This document shows, piece by piece, positions 1 through 7,721 of a stretch of 64,000 nucleotides of DNA (position 1 is its first letter; each line of letters begins with the position of its first letter). This DNA is from Bdellovibrionales bacterium (lineage in GTDB: Bacteria > Pseudomonadota > Alphaproteobacteria > UBA9219): NCBI GenBank assembly GCA_041649025.1, contig JBAZNY010000001.1, positions 8,207 to 72,206 of the forward strand, written 5' to 3'. A program made the translations under genes and the position numbers. The notes beneath the pieces were generated by a model. That model worked only from the letters and a program-made list of their open reading frames with translations, did no database searches and had not been told where the DNA came from.

Positions 1-237
1 ATTGCAATGTCGACAGTACCCACGTGTCGAAAGCCATGAAAGAATGGGGATCAAATCGCGTACGCCCAAAACGGTATTGCATGACAAACAATGCGAACGG
101 GGAGATACAATCGAAAGACGCCGAGGCAATCGATAGGCAAGAACAGTTGCAAAACTGCCTAAGATGGCGCCGATGATAAAACCCGCCGCAAAGCGAATCC
201 ATAGGGCGTCGGGAAAAAGAGGAATATTCATAATCAT
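1..237 (-). CDS. Prepilin (type IV) leader peptidase, PilD-like, N-terminal part; the gene continues past the window start
   Basis: Reverse-strand translation from ATG at 237 reads MIMNIPLFPDALWIRFAAGFIIGAILGSFATVLAYRLPRRLSIVSPRSHCLSCNTVLGVRDLIPILSWLSTRGYCRHCN. It carries the C-x-x-C...DLIP..SWL..RG.CR.C zinc-binding N-domain typical of A24 prepilin peptidases. Its ATG overlaps the stop of the upstream glycosyltransferase (ATGA). It is not in the ORF track because it has no stop within the window. Confidence 0.55.
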   Translation of the reverse strand, partial: MIMNIPLFPDALWIRFAAGFIIGAILGSFATVLAYRLPRRLSIVSPRSHCLSCNTVLGVRDLIPILSWLSTRGYCRHCN

Positions 238-1955
238 GCCTGAGGTCGTTCAAACGTGCAGATGCCGCATTTCAGCATCCAGCCGAAGCAACGCCATAAC
301 AGGTCATGACTGTCATGAGGAAAAGCAGCCAGAATATCCTGAATTCTAGCGGCTCCGGCGCGGCGGATGACAGCAATCAGTTCCAGGAGTTGATCCTGAG
401 ACAACAAAAGCTGAGGCACAAAAAGGTTCATGCCGTGGCTCATAAGAACATTAACTTCCTTAGGTTCCATAACAACGCGCAATATATCGGTCGGTGTAAG
501 ATGCGTTGTGGGGAAGCTTCTGAACATTTGCCAAGGATTTGGGTAGCCGGGATGCATGGCTTGCCAGTTGTCGGGCAGGGAGCGGCATTGAGGCGCGGCT
601 TGGCGCTGTTCCGAAAGGGTTTTCCATAAATCGTCATAGGCACGAATAATATGTCGCCAATCAAAAACATTCTGCGCGCGCGTTCTTCCGTTTTTGCCGA
701 AGGTCTGACGTAAATCGGCATCACTAATAAGAACGGCATATGATTTTGCACACCATTCGATGTCGACGCCCGTGCTTTGAGAGGCTCCCGCAAGCGCTAC
801 GCCGTAATTATTTTCGTTGTAGTACATTTGCGCAATAGCCAGTCCTGCAGAAGGAGGCGGGGTCGTAACAGGGATCAAAAAGCCTTCTGAGCCATTTTGA
901 ACACCTTCGCGATAGCCGTCCCAATCTGTAATGACTGACGGCAACCCGCAAGCCATGGCCTCGATCGGCGTTAAGCCGAAGCTTTCCTGAACATTATCGG
1001 AGAGGGATGTAAAAATATCCGCCGCCGCCCATAAACCCTCGGGAAAACGCGGGTCGTCATTCATAACAAATTCAGCTTTGACTGTTTTGCAGATATCGAC
1101 CGCGAGATTCCGGAAATGGGGTTCCATATCCTTTGGTTTGAAATAACCGAACATCACAAGGCGCACGTTGCGTCCCGTAAGCTTTGCAGCTCGTTCCGCC
1201 GCCAAGAACATTGGCAAAGGATGCGCTTTGGTGGCAAAGCTCAAGCGTCCCACGAAGAGGATAATGATTTCATCTTCCATTGCGCCCAAAGCCTTACGTT
1301 GGGCTGCGCGTTTAGTTGGTGTTGTAAGACCCGCAAATTTTTCGCTATCAATGCCGAGCGGAATGATGGGGGTCTGTACGGGACAGGAAAAAGCACCGCC
1401 AAAACGATGGTTAAGATAGTCGCTATGTATTTTCCATAAATTACGTACGGCATCCCGAATAGCCGCCGAAGGACAGATCAATGCATCTGTACATTCGCTT
1501 GGGGCAAAACATAGGTCTCCAACCGCTTTTGCAATGCGCTCTCCGCTCATCGTATGGACAAGACCGCAGGCCGCAAAACCACGCCCATGTACCTGTTGTC
1601 GCTGCCAGATGAGATCGGCAATTAGGGGATCGGGGCGAAAGAGACATGAAATACTTTGGAGATTTTTATCAGGATGGCGGGGATCAAGCCCAATACAGCG
1701 TTTTTCAACGTCGACGCCTTCGGCGACGGCAATTTCCTTAAAATGGTCAAAACTCGGAAAATCGGTAGGGCGGCATATGAATTGCTGCGCATCGCTATGG
1801 CGGAAATAGGCTGAAAGAAAGCGGGTAACGGCAACATCGAAACCAAAGACTTCGCTGTCATTTTTACCGGAGGCAGGGCGGCTATATTGGATGCAGATCG
1901 ACATGAAAAACCGGGGAAAGGTAAATTTTATGACACGCTTGCCGGATGCGCACAA
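234..1955 (-). CDS. Glycosyltransferase family 4 (GT1-fold) protein with a C-terminal extension of about 150 aa
   Basis: The central region has the GT4 hallmarks ...FVGRLSFATKAHPLP... and ...ESFGLTPIEAMACGLPSVITDWDGYREGV... (E-x7-E-like). It is 573 aa if the first Met is used; the true start may be an internal Met. Confidence 0.65.
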   Translation of the reverse strand: MCASGKRVIKFTFPRFFMSICIQYSRPASGKNDSEVFGFDVAVTRFLSAYFRHSDAQQFICRPTDFPSFDHFKEIAVAEGVDVEKRCIGLDPRHPDKNLQSISCLFRPDPLIADLIWQRQQVHGRGFAACGLVHTMSGERIAKAVGDLCFAPSECTDALICPSAAIRDAVRNLWKIHSDYLNHRFGGAFSCPVQTPIIPLGIDSEKFAGLTTPTKRAAQRKALGAMEDEIIILFVGRLSFATKAHPLPMFLAAERAAKLTGRNVRLVMFGYFKPKDMEPHFRNLAVDICKTVKAEFVMNDDPRFPEGLWAAADIFTSLSDNVQESFGLTPIEAMACGLPSVITDWDGYREGVQNGSEGFLIPVTTPPPSAGLAIAQMYYNENNYGVALAGASQSTGVDIEWCAKSYAVLISDADLRQTFGKNGRTRAQNVFDWRHIIRAYDDLWKTLSEQRQAAPQCRSLPDNWQAMHPGYPNPWQMFRSFPTTHLTPTDILRVVMEPKEVNVLMSHGMNLFVPQLLLSQDQLLELIAVIRRAGAARIQDILAAFPHDSHDLLWRCFGWMLKCGICTFERPQA

Positions 1956-2021
1956 TATAATCTTGTGTTATACCGAGGTTTCGCGGATTCTTCACAAAAG
2001 ACGATTCGAAAGGGCGTTTCC

Positions 2022-2774
2022 ATGAGCATTTCTTTTATAAACGCTTTGACAGAGTACTGGACTCCGCAAGAGATTGCCACAAATGTTGGCGCAATTTTTA
2101 ATATTTTTATCGCGTTGCTTTTGGGGCTTTTGGTTGGGTACGAGCGCTCTTACCGCGGACGCGCTGCCGGTATGCGCACTTATGGCCTTGTATGTATGTC
2201 CTCATGCGCTTTTGTCGTTCTTTCGGCTCATCCGGAAACATGGTTCGGTGGACGATCTCTTGAAACCTTAAAGTATGTAGATCCGAGCCGCATTATTCAG
2301 GGAATAACGACCGGAATTGGTTTTCTGGGCGCGGGCGTGATTATGCGCGATGGATTGAGCATCAGCGGGCTGACCACAGCCGCATCAATATGGACGGTAT
2401 CTGCTATTGGCGTTCTTGTTGGTATCGGATTTTATGGCGCTGCAATCACGTTATCCCTCTTGGCGGCTATTTTCATGATGTGGGGGGCAAAAATTGAGGA
2501 TTATTTGCCCGTACGTCATGCCCTTTCAGTAACGCTTCTTTTTCATAAGCAAGTCGAACTTACGGAAACAGAGGTTTTTCAATTAATTCGTTCATATGGA
2601 TATGAGGTGGCGAGAGGCTCGTTTTCTATCAACCAGACATCGGGTCAGATAGAGTGGCGTTTTGTTGTTGTCTCGCAAGGAAAACGAAAAGGGGCTACAC
2701 TGGTAAAACTAAGCGAAGGATTAAGAAAAACTGCGGGTATTCAGGATTTCAAGGTTTCTCATGCGCGAAACTGA
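2022..2774 (+). CDS. mgtC: MgtC/SapB family membrane protein
   Basis: The motif LLLGLLVGYERSYRGRAAGMRTYGLVCMSSCAFVVLS is typical of MgtC. The ORF runs from 1887, but Met46 at 2022 gives the usual length of about 250 aa and avoids overlap with the divergent gene. Confidence 0.75.
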   Translation: MSISFINALTEYWTPQEIATNVGAIFNIFIALLLGLLVGYERSYRGRAAGMRTYGLVCMSSCAFVVLSAHPETWFGGRSLETLKYVDPSRIIQGITTGIGFLGAGVIMRDGLSISGLTTAASIWTVSAIGVLVGIGFYGAAITLSLLAAIFMMWGAKIEDYLPVRHALSVTLLFHKQVELTETEVFQLIRSYGYEVARGSFSINQTSGQIEWRFVVVSQGKRKGATLVKLSEGLRKTAGIQDFKVSHARN

Positions 2775-2804
2775 TAAGACGTCTTCACATTTTGGAGGAT
2801 CAAA

Positions 2805-4091
2805 ATGAGAGTTTTAGTTGTAGGCGGCGGCGGACGCGAACACGCAATTTGTAAAGCGATTGTTAAGTCGCCTTTATGCGACAAACTGTTTTGCGCTCCA
2901 GGCAATGCGGGGATTGCAGACTTAGCGACGTGCCTTCCGGTAAAAACTGACGAAGTCAAGAAAATCGTAGCTACGGCTCGTGAACATAAAATCGATTTTG
3001 TTATCATTGGTCCGGAAGTTCCTCTTGCTCTTGGTCTTGTTGACCAATTAGTCGCGGCGGGAATTACCTGCTTTGGCCCCAGCAAACTGGCGGCAGAATT
3101 GGAGAGCTCCAAAGGTTTTATGAAGGATTTGTGTACTAAAGCTGGCGTGCCGACGGCAAAATATAAACGCTTTAGAGACGTTGAAGATGCGCGAGCGTAC
3201 GTTTCAAAACAACAGGGCCCAATTGTCGTTAAAGCCGACGGCCTTGCTGCGGGCAAAGGCGTTACGATTGCAAGCACAGTCAGTGAGGCAATTGCGGCCG
3301 TTGATGCTGCAATGGTTGGCCAGGTTTTTGGCCCATCGGGCGCTGAAGTTGTGATTGAAGACTTTATGCAAGGCGAAGAGGCCAGTTTTTTTGCGCTATG
3401 CGACGGGAGAACGGCGCGGTTTTTTGCTTCGGCTCAGGATCACAAGGCTGTCTTCGATGGTGATAAAGGACCGAATACCGGCGGTATGGGAGCCTATTCC
3501 CCTGCGCCGATGATCGACGAAGGGATGAAAGAGCGCATTATGCGCGAGATCATCATCCCTACGGTTGAGTATATGAAAAAAGAAGAGCGTCCCTTCACCG
3601 GTGTTCTTTTTGCCGGGTTAATGATGACAAAAACGGGGCCAAAACTGATCGAATACAATGCCCGTTTTGGGGATCCGGAAGCGGAAGTCATGATACCTCG
3701 CCTGAAATCGGATTTGCTCGCGCTATTGTACGCCTGCAGCCAAGGCAAGTTGGATAAAGCCGTTATGGAGTGGAATGAGACAGCGGCACTGGGCGTTGTT
3801 ATGGCAGCGGACGGATATCCGGGAAATTATTTAAAAGGCAGTGTTATTCGGGGCATTGATTATGCGGAAGCTATCCCGAATGTTGCCGTTTTGCATGCCG
3901 GTACATCGCGTAATGCGCAAGGGGAAATTACAGCTAACGGGGGGCGTGTTTTGTGTATAACCGCCGTTGCCCCTACGGTTGCGGAGGCGCAAAAACTAGC
4001 ATATCAGGCTGTCGAGCGAATTGACTGGCCGGAAGGCTTTTGCCGTCACGACATCGGTTGGCGCGCTATTGCAAGAAAAAGAGGCGCTTAA
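2805..4091 (+). CDS. purD: Phosphoribosylamine--glycine ligase
   Basis: The start MRVLVVGGGGREHAI and ATP-grasp motifs throughout are PurD-like, at 428 aa. An AGGA RBS sits at 2791-2797. Confidence 0.95.
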   Translation: MRVLVVGGGGREHAICKAIVKSPLCDKLFCAPGNAGIADLATCLPVKTDEVKKIVATAREHKIDFVIIGPEVPLALGLVDQLVAAGITCFGPSKLAAELESSKGFMKDLCTKAGVPTAKYKRFRDVEDARAYVSKQQGPIVVKADGLAAGKGVTIASTVSEAIAAVDAAMVGQVFGPSGAEVVIEDFMQGEEASFFALCDGRTARFFASAQDHKAVFDGDKGPNTGGMGAYSPAPMIDEGMKERIMREIIIPTVEYMKKEERPFTGVLFAGLMMTKTGPKLIEYNARFGDPEAEVMIPRLKSDLLALLYACSQGKLDKAVMEWNETAALGVVMAADGYPGNYLKGSVIRGIDYAEAIPNVAVLHAGTSRNAQGEITANGGRVLCITAVAPTVAEAQKLAYQAVERIDWPEGFCRHDIGWRAIARKRGA

Positions 4092-4166
4092 AAAGCTGTT
4101 TTTCTTTATCAAATCCTTGGACGCCGCGAATTATTTTTGTTATCCCTGACGCCGTTTCTACAGCGT

Positions 4167-4243
4167 GGGCCTGTAGTTCAGTTGGTTAGAACGCACCGCT
4201 CATAACGGTGTTGTCGCAGGTTCAAGTCCTGCCGGGCCCACCA
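4167..4243 (+). tRNA. tRNA with a CAU anticodon, elongator Met-like
   Basis: GGGCCTGTAGTTCAGTTGGTTAGAACGCACCGCTCATAACGGTGTTGTCGCAGGTTCAAGTCCTGCCGGGCCCACCA forms a cloverleaf with a 7-bp acceptor stem, D-loop AGTTGGTTAGAAC, anticodon loop CTCATAA, a T-arm GGTTCAAGTCC and an encoded CCA. Met versus Ile2 (lysidine) cannot be decided by eye. Confidence 0.85.
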
Positions 4244-4260
4244 TTTTTCGACCTGTGTTG

Positions 4261-5100
4261 TTATCCGCCGCCGTAACTTTGGATCAAGCTGCCGCAGACG
4301 AGATACCAGCCGTCTACGAGCACAAAAAAGATAATTTTAAATGGCAGGGAGATAATAGAAGGCGGCAGCATCATCATGCCCATCGACATCAGAATGGAGG
4401 CGACAACCATATCGATGATCAAAAACGGCAGGAACAGCAAAAACCCGATTTCGAAGGCGCGTCGTAATTCTGAAATCATAAAGGCAGGGATCAAGGCGCG
4501 GAGAGAAACATCGTCTTTAGCTTCCTCAGCTTTGGCGGGGGCGGCGTCTTTTTTTGCTGCGGGGACGGCTTTTTCCGCATTTGGCGTTTTTGCCGCGGCT
4601 GCTGCGGCTTCGTTGGCTTTGCTGACTTCCACGAATAAAGCCAAATCCTTCGATCGTGTGTGCTTCAACATAAATTCTTGAATGGGCTCCACGGTGCGCT
4701 CAAACGCCGTTTCTTCGTCAATTTGATTATTCATAAATGGACGTATACCGCTTTCCCAAGCTCGATCAAAAGTCGGTTGCATAATGAACATCGTCAAAAA
4801 CAGAGCAAGACTAATGAGTACGATATTGGGAGGCGTCGTTTGTGTGCCTAATGCGGTTCGCAGGAAGGCCAGAATAACAATAGCGCGCGTGTAGCTTGTA
4901 ACCATCACAAGAATGGATGGCGCTAAAGACAGAACGGTCACAAGAATGACGGTTTGCACAATACGCGCTGTTGCCGAAGGACCTTGTCCCATATCGAAGT
5001 GAATGGATTGTGCGAAGGCCTCGGTTGAAGTAAAGGCGACTCCAAGAGCAATCAGTATTCCAGCAAGGAACAAAGCCAAAAATTTCAACGAACGCTTCAT
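4261..5100 (-). CDS. fliP: Flagellar biosynthesis protein FliP
   Basis: It has a signal peptide and conserved FliP blocks (...LRTALGTQTTPPNIVLISLALFLTMFIMQPTFDRAW..., ...LIPAFMISELRRAFEIGFLLFLPFLIIDMVVASILMSMGMMMLPP...). It also has an Ala/Lys-rich insert of about 35 aa. Confidence 0.9.
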   Translation of the reverse strand: MKRSLKFLALFLAGILIALGVAFTSTEAFAQSIHFDMGQGPSATARIVQTVILVTVLSLAPSILVMVTSYTRAIVILAFLRTALGTQTTPPNIVLISLALFLTMFIMQPTFDRAWESGIRPFMNNQIDEETAFERTVEPIQEFMLKHTRSKDLALFVEVSKANEAAAAAAKTPNAEKAVPAAKKDAAPAKAEEAKDDVSLRALIPAFMISELRRAFEIGFLLFLPFLIIDMVVASILMSMGMMMLPPSIISLPFKIIFFVLVDGWYLVCGSLIQSYGGG

Positions 5101-5396
5101 GAAATATCTTGTGTTTTGACGGGAGGGAGATTCGCTTCGACGACTATATCGTTTTGATCGCCTAAAAGAAGCAAATGTTCACGTTCGTCGCAACGCACAA
5201 TGACGCAGCGATGTTTTGTATCGAGAAGGAGGCTTTCGACAACTTTCAGCCTTCGTGCACGCTTTTCCTTTAAGGCAAGCATGAAGCCACGTGCATTAAT
5301 GTACTTTAATATGCCGCCAAGCCCCGCCATAAGCCCTAACACAACGCAAAAGGCGAGAATGACGCGTAACCAGGAAATATCAGAAGGATCGGTCAT
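5097..5396 (-). CDS. fliO: FliO-like small single-TM flagellar export component
   Basis: It is 99 aa with one TM helix (WLRVILAFCVVLGLMAGLGGIL) and sits immediately upstream of fliP, translationally coupled to it by a 4-bp overlap. Confidence 0.5.
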   Translation of the reverse strand: MTDPSDISWLRVILAFCVVLGLMAGLGGILKYINARGFMLALKEKRARRLKVVESLLLDTKHRCVIVRCDEREHLLLLGDQNDIVVEANLPPVKTQDIS

Positions 5397-5677
5397 TTCT
5401 GTGCGCTTCTGACCGTGGTTGTATGAAGGGCAGTCATATGGGTTTCACAATCATTGAGCTTTTGGAGGAGTTCGCCAAGTTTTATTAAACAGGTTTCCTG
5501 AATATCCAAAGGAGCGCCCTCTACATTAGAACACAAATGCGCGATTCTATCATCCAGATCAACGACATCAGGCATGTGCCCTTCTTGAAGAATCTCATGA
5601 ACGGCTTGAAGATAAGCGTCAATGGATTCAAATTCTTGAACTATTGATTCCGTCCTTATGCTTGAAAGAGCGGGCAT
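5393..5677 (-). CDS. Hypothetical acidic 94-aa protein inside the flagellar operon
   Basis: The ORF overlaps both neighbours, by 4 bp and 1 bp (coupled). No motif is recognised; it could be a chaperone-like or FliJ-like protein. Confidence 0.35.
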   Translation of the reverse strand: MPALSSIRTESIVQEFESIDAYLQAVHEILQEGHMPDVVDLDDRIAHLCSNVEGAPLDIQETCLIKLGELLQKLNDCETHMTALHTTTVRSAQK

Positions 5678-6033
5678 TACGCTTGTCCTTTAATAGCGGG
5701 AAGGGGGTCGAGCCTTGCATTTGCTTCATAAACCTTTGCCAATATTTCGGCAACCGCAACGATGGCCTCGCTTGGAATGGGCGTATCAAGATCAAGCGTG
5801 GCGAGCAGTTCTGCCAAATCCGCGTCCTCGCGAACTTTTATGCCTTTCTCAAAGGCCATCTCAAGAATTTGTTCTGCTAGTTTTCCATAGCCAGATGCGA
5901 TAACCTTTGGGAGAGAATCAGGACCTCCTTCTGACGGCTCCCCGATGCTTCCCTTTAAAGCAACAGCAACGGCGCGCCGCCCAGGCGAGATAATCGGTGA
6001 GATGTTGGGTTGAAAATCGCGACCTTCTTCCAT
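5677..6033 (-). CDS. FlhB C-terminal-domain-like protein (EscU/YscU/FlhB substrate-specificity switch family)
   Basis: It is 118 aa with ...PNISPIISPGRR... (cf. the NPTH cleavage region) and a downstream ...KLAEQILEMAFEKGIKVREDADLAELL... block that resembles FlhB-C. It is the first gene of the minus-strand flagellar operon. Confidence 0.45.
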   Translation of the reverse strand: MEEGRDFQPNISPIISPGRRAVAVALKGSIGEPSEGGPDSLPKVIASGYGKLAEQILEMAFEKGIKVREDADLAELLATLDLDTPIPSEAIVAVAEILAKVYEANARLDPLPAIKGQA

Positions 6034-6068
6034 GTGGTGAGTCTAGCTTAACTCTTCGAAAAGGGCAA

Positions 6069-6084
6069 TTAACCTTTTGTTAAC
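6069..6084. promoter_or_regulatory. CtrA box TTAA-N7-TTAAC in the divergent flagellar promoter
   Basis: TTAACCTTTTGTTAAC matches the consensus exactly. It lies between the flhB-C-like operon (minus) and flgB (plus). Confidence 0.5.
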
Positions 6085-6144
6085 CATCGAGGGCAAACAT
6101 ACTTCTTTCGTGCATCGGCCAGCTTTCTGGCGAGGGGTGTATCT

Positions 6145-6546
6145 ATGAGTTCTAGCATCTCAGGGCTGTTCGACATTCTGACGCAGAAGATGTCGTACCT
6201 CAATCAAAGGCAAGCTGTAATTGCCGAAAACGTGGCGAATGCCGATACGCCAGGATACAAGCAACTAGAGCTTAAACCTTTCAGTTTTGGGGATGCGCTT
6301 AAGCAGGCAGCCGGGAGCATGGCGACGACAAATTCACGCCATATTCTTCCGGCTTCGATGGCGGGAACTAATGCTCAAACGATAAAGTCGAAAGATACCG
6401 AGGTTCTTCCATCCGGCAATACTGTCGATATCGAGCAACAAATGGCGGAAGTATCGAGGACATCTATGGATTATCAGACGATGGCTGGAATCTATCGTAA
6501 AATGACGGGGCTTTTTAAAATTGCCATCAAGGGCAATAGCGGGTGA
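6145..6546 (+). CDS. flgB: Flagellar basal-body rod protein FlgB
   Basis: The N-terminus ...RQAVIAENVANADTPGYK... is the rod-protein signature. Confidence 0.9.
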   Translation: MSSSISGLFDILTQKMSYLNQRQAVIAENVANADTPGYKQLELKPFSFGDALKQAAGSMATTNSRHILPASMAGTNAQTIKSKDTEVLPSGNTVDIEQQMAEVSRTSMDYQTMAGIYRKMTGLFKIAIKGNSG

Positions 6547-6555
6547 ATGGGATAG

Positions 6556-6972
6556 GTGATGTCTAACGAGTTTACAGATATCTTCGCTATTTCTGGTTCG
6601 GCGCTTAAAGCGCAAAACCAGCGGATGAAGATTATTGCCGAAAACGTTGCAAATGCGAATACGACGCCGTCTGCGCCCGGTCAAAAACCTTATCAACGTC
6701 AGGTTATTACGTTTAAAAAAGAATTCGATAAAGCTTTAGGAGCCTACAAGGTCAAGGTTGATGGTGTTCGCACTGACAACTCGGAATTTGTAAAAAAATT
6801 CGATCCTGCACATCCTGCAGCAGATGCGCAAGGCTATATCATGCAGCCTAATGTCAATCCGCTGATCGAAACGATGGATATGAGCGCGGCCAGCCGATCC
6901 TATCAAGCCAATCTTGATGTAATCGCCGCGTCGCGCACGATGGTTCTGAAAACAATAGGGATGCTCCAATAA
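6556..6972 (+). CDS. flgC: Flagellar basal-body rod protein FlgC
   Basis: ...SGSALKAQNQRMKIIAENVANANTT... and a C-terminal ...SYQANLDVI... block. Confidence 0.9.
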   Translation: MMSNEFTDIFAISGSALKAQNQRMKIIAENVANANTTPSAPGQKPYQRQVITFKKEFDKALGAYKVKVDGVRTDNSEFVKKFDPAHPAADAQGYIMQPNVNPLIETMDMSAASRSYQANLDVIAASRTMVLKTIGMLQ

Positions 6973-6984
6973 AAGGGGGGACAG

Positions 6985-7299
6985 ATGGTTATGAATCCTA
7001 TAGATGCCGTATCGGCTTATAAAAAAAGCGGAGGAATTTTTGATTCTTCCGGAGATATTTCCGCAACGCCGACGGCTGGCGGAGAAGACTTTGGCAAAAT
7101 GGTCAAGGGTTTTCTTGGCGATGCTGTTTCCTCTTTGCACGAGGGAGAAAAGGCGGCTACAGCGGCCGTATCCGGTAAGGCCGATCTCGCTAGCGTAGTG
7201 ACGGCGATGGATAATGCCGAAATTGTCCTGACTGAAATTACGACAATTCGCGATAAGGTAATTAGCGCCTATCAAACAATTACCAGCGGCACAATTTAG
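6985..7299 (+). CDS. fliE: Flagellar hook-basal body complex protein FliE
   Basis: It is 104 aa with a FliE-like C-terminus (...VVTAMDNAEIVLTEITTIRDKVISAYQTI...). Confidence 0.8.
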   Translation: MVMNPIDAVSAYKKSGGIFDSSGDISATPTAGGEDFGKMVKGFLGDAVSSLHEGEKAATAAVSGKADLASVVTAMDNAEIVLTEITTIRDKVISAYQTITSGTI

Positions 7300-7499
7300 G
7301 CTGATTGGTTGACTCCAACGCCGCGAATATTCGATGTCGACACTGTTGCAAGTGCAGTGTAGGTAGCGGCTGCGTTTACAGAGGCTGCTGGCGGTGGCGT
7401 TGAGCTATCCGCAGGAGTTTGGACATTGTTTACGGGCGCAACAGAAGGCGCGCTGACTACAGGCGGGGTAGGGGCATTTACTGGATTTACGTCTGTCAT
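7296..7499 (-). CDS. Hypothetical Pro/Ala/Val-rich 67-aa protein
   Basis: A GGTGA motif lies 4 nt upstream of the ATG, and the region is GC-richer than its flanks. It is low complexity and convergent with fliE, so it could be spurious. Confidence 0.25.
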   Translation of the reverse strand: MTDVNPVNAPTPPVVSAPSVAPVNNVQTPADSSTPPPAASVNAAATYTALATVSTSNIRGVGVNQSA

Positions 7500-7721
7500 A
7501 CTATCACCACACGTGGCGCTGAAATAAACTGCGCCATATTTTTAAAAATTAGTCCTAATTACGACTGGAACTATATCAAGCCGAGCTTAATAGGAGATGA
7601 AGTTTGATCAAGAATATTCGTAACGCATTGAAAACTAAAGATTATTAAGAAATATGTTTTTGTGCCCATTGCATACAGCCGTCTGAGCCTGGTTCTCGGA
7701 TCAATATTTTGGAAACAATAC

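Noticed and set aside
164-349. 61-aa ORF on the plus strand at the window start
   Set aside because: It overlaps the 3' end of the glycosyltransferase and the start of the PilD-like gene on the opposite strand and has no RBS, so it is an antisense artefact.
2759-3277. 172-aa ORF antisense to purD
   Set aside because: It lies entirely inside the well-supported purD on the opposite strand, which is a typical GC-frame artefact.
4167-4260. tRNA-Met as an integration hotspot
   Set aside because: The tRNA is flanked directly by purD and fliP with no repeated 3' tRNA fragment or foreign genes, so no island is present at it.
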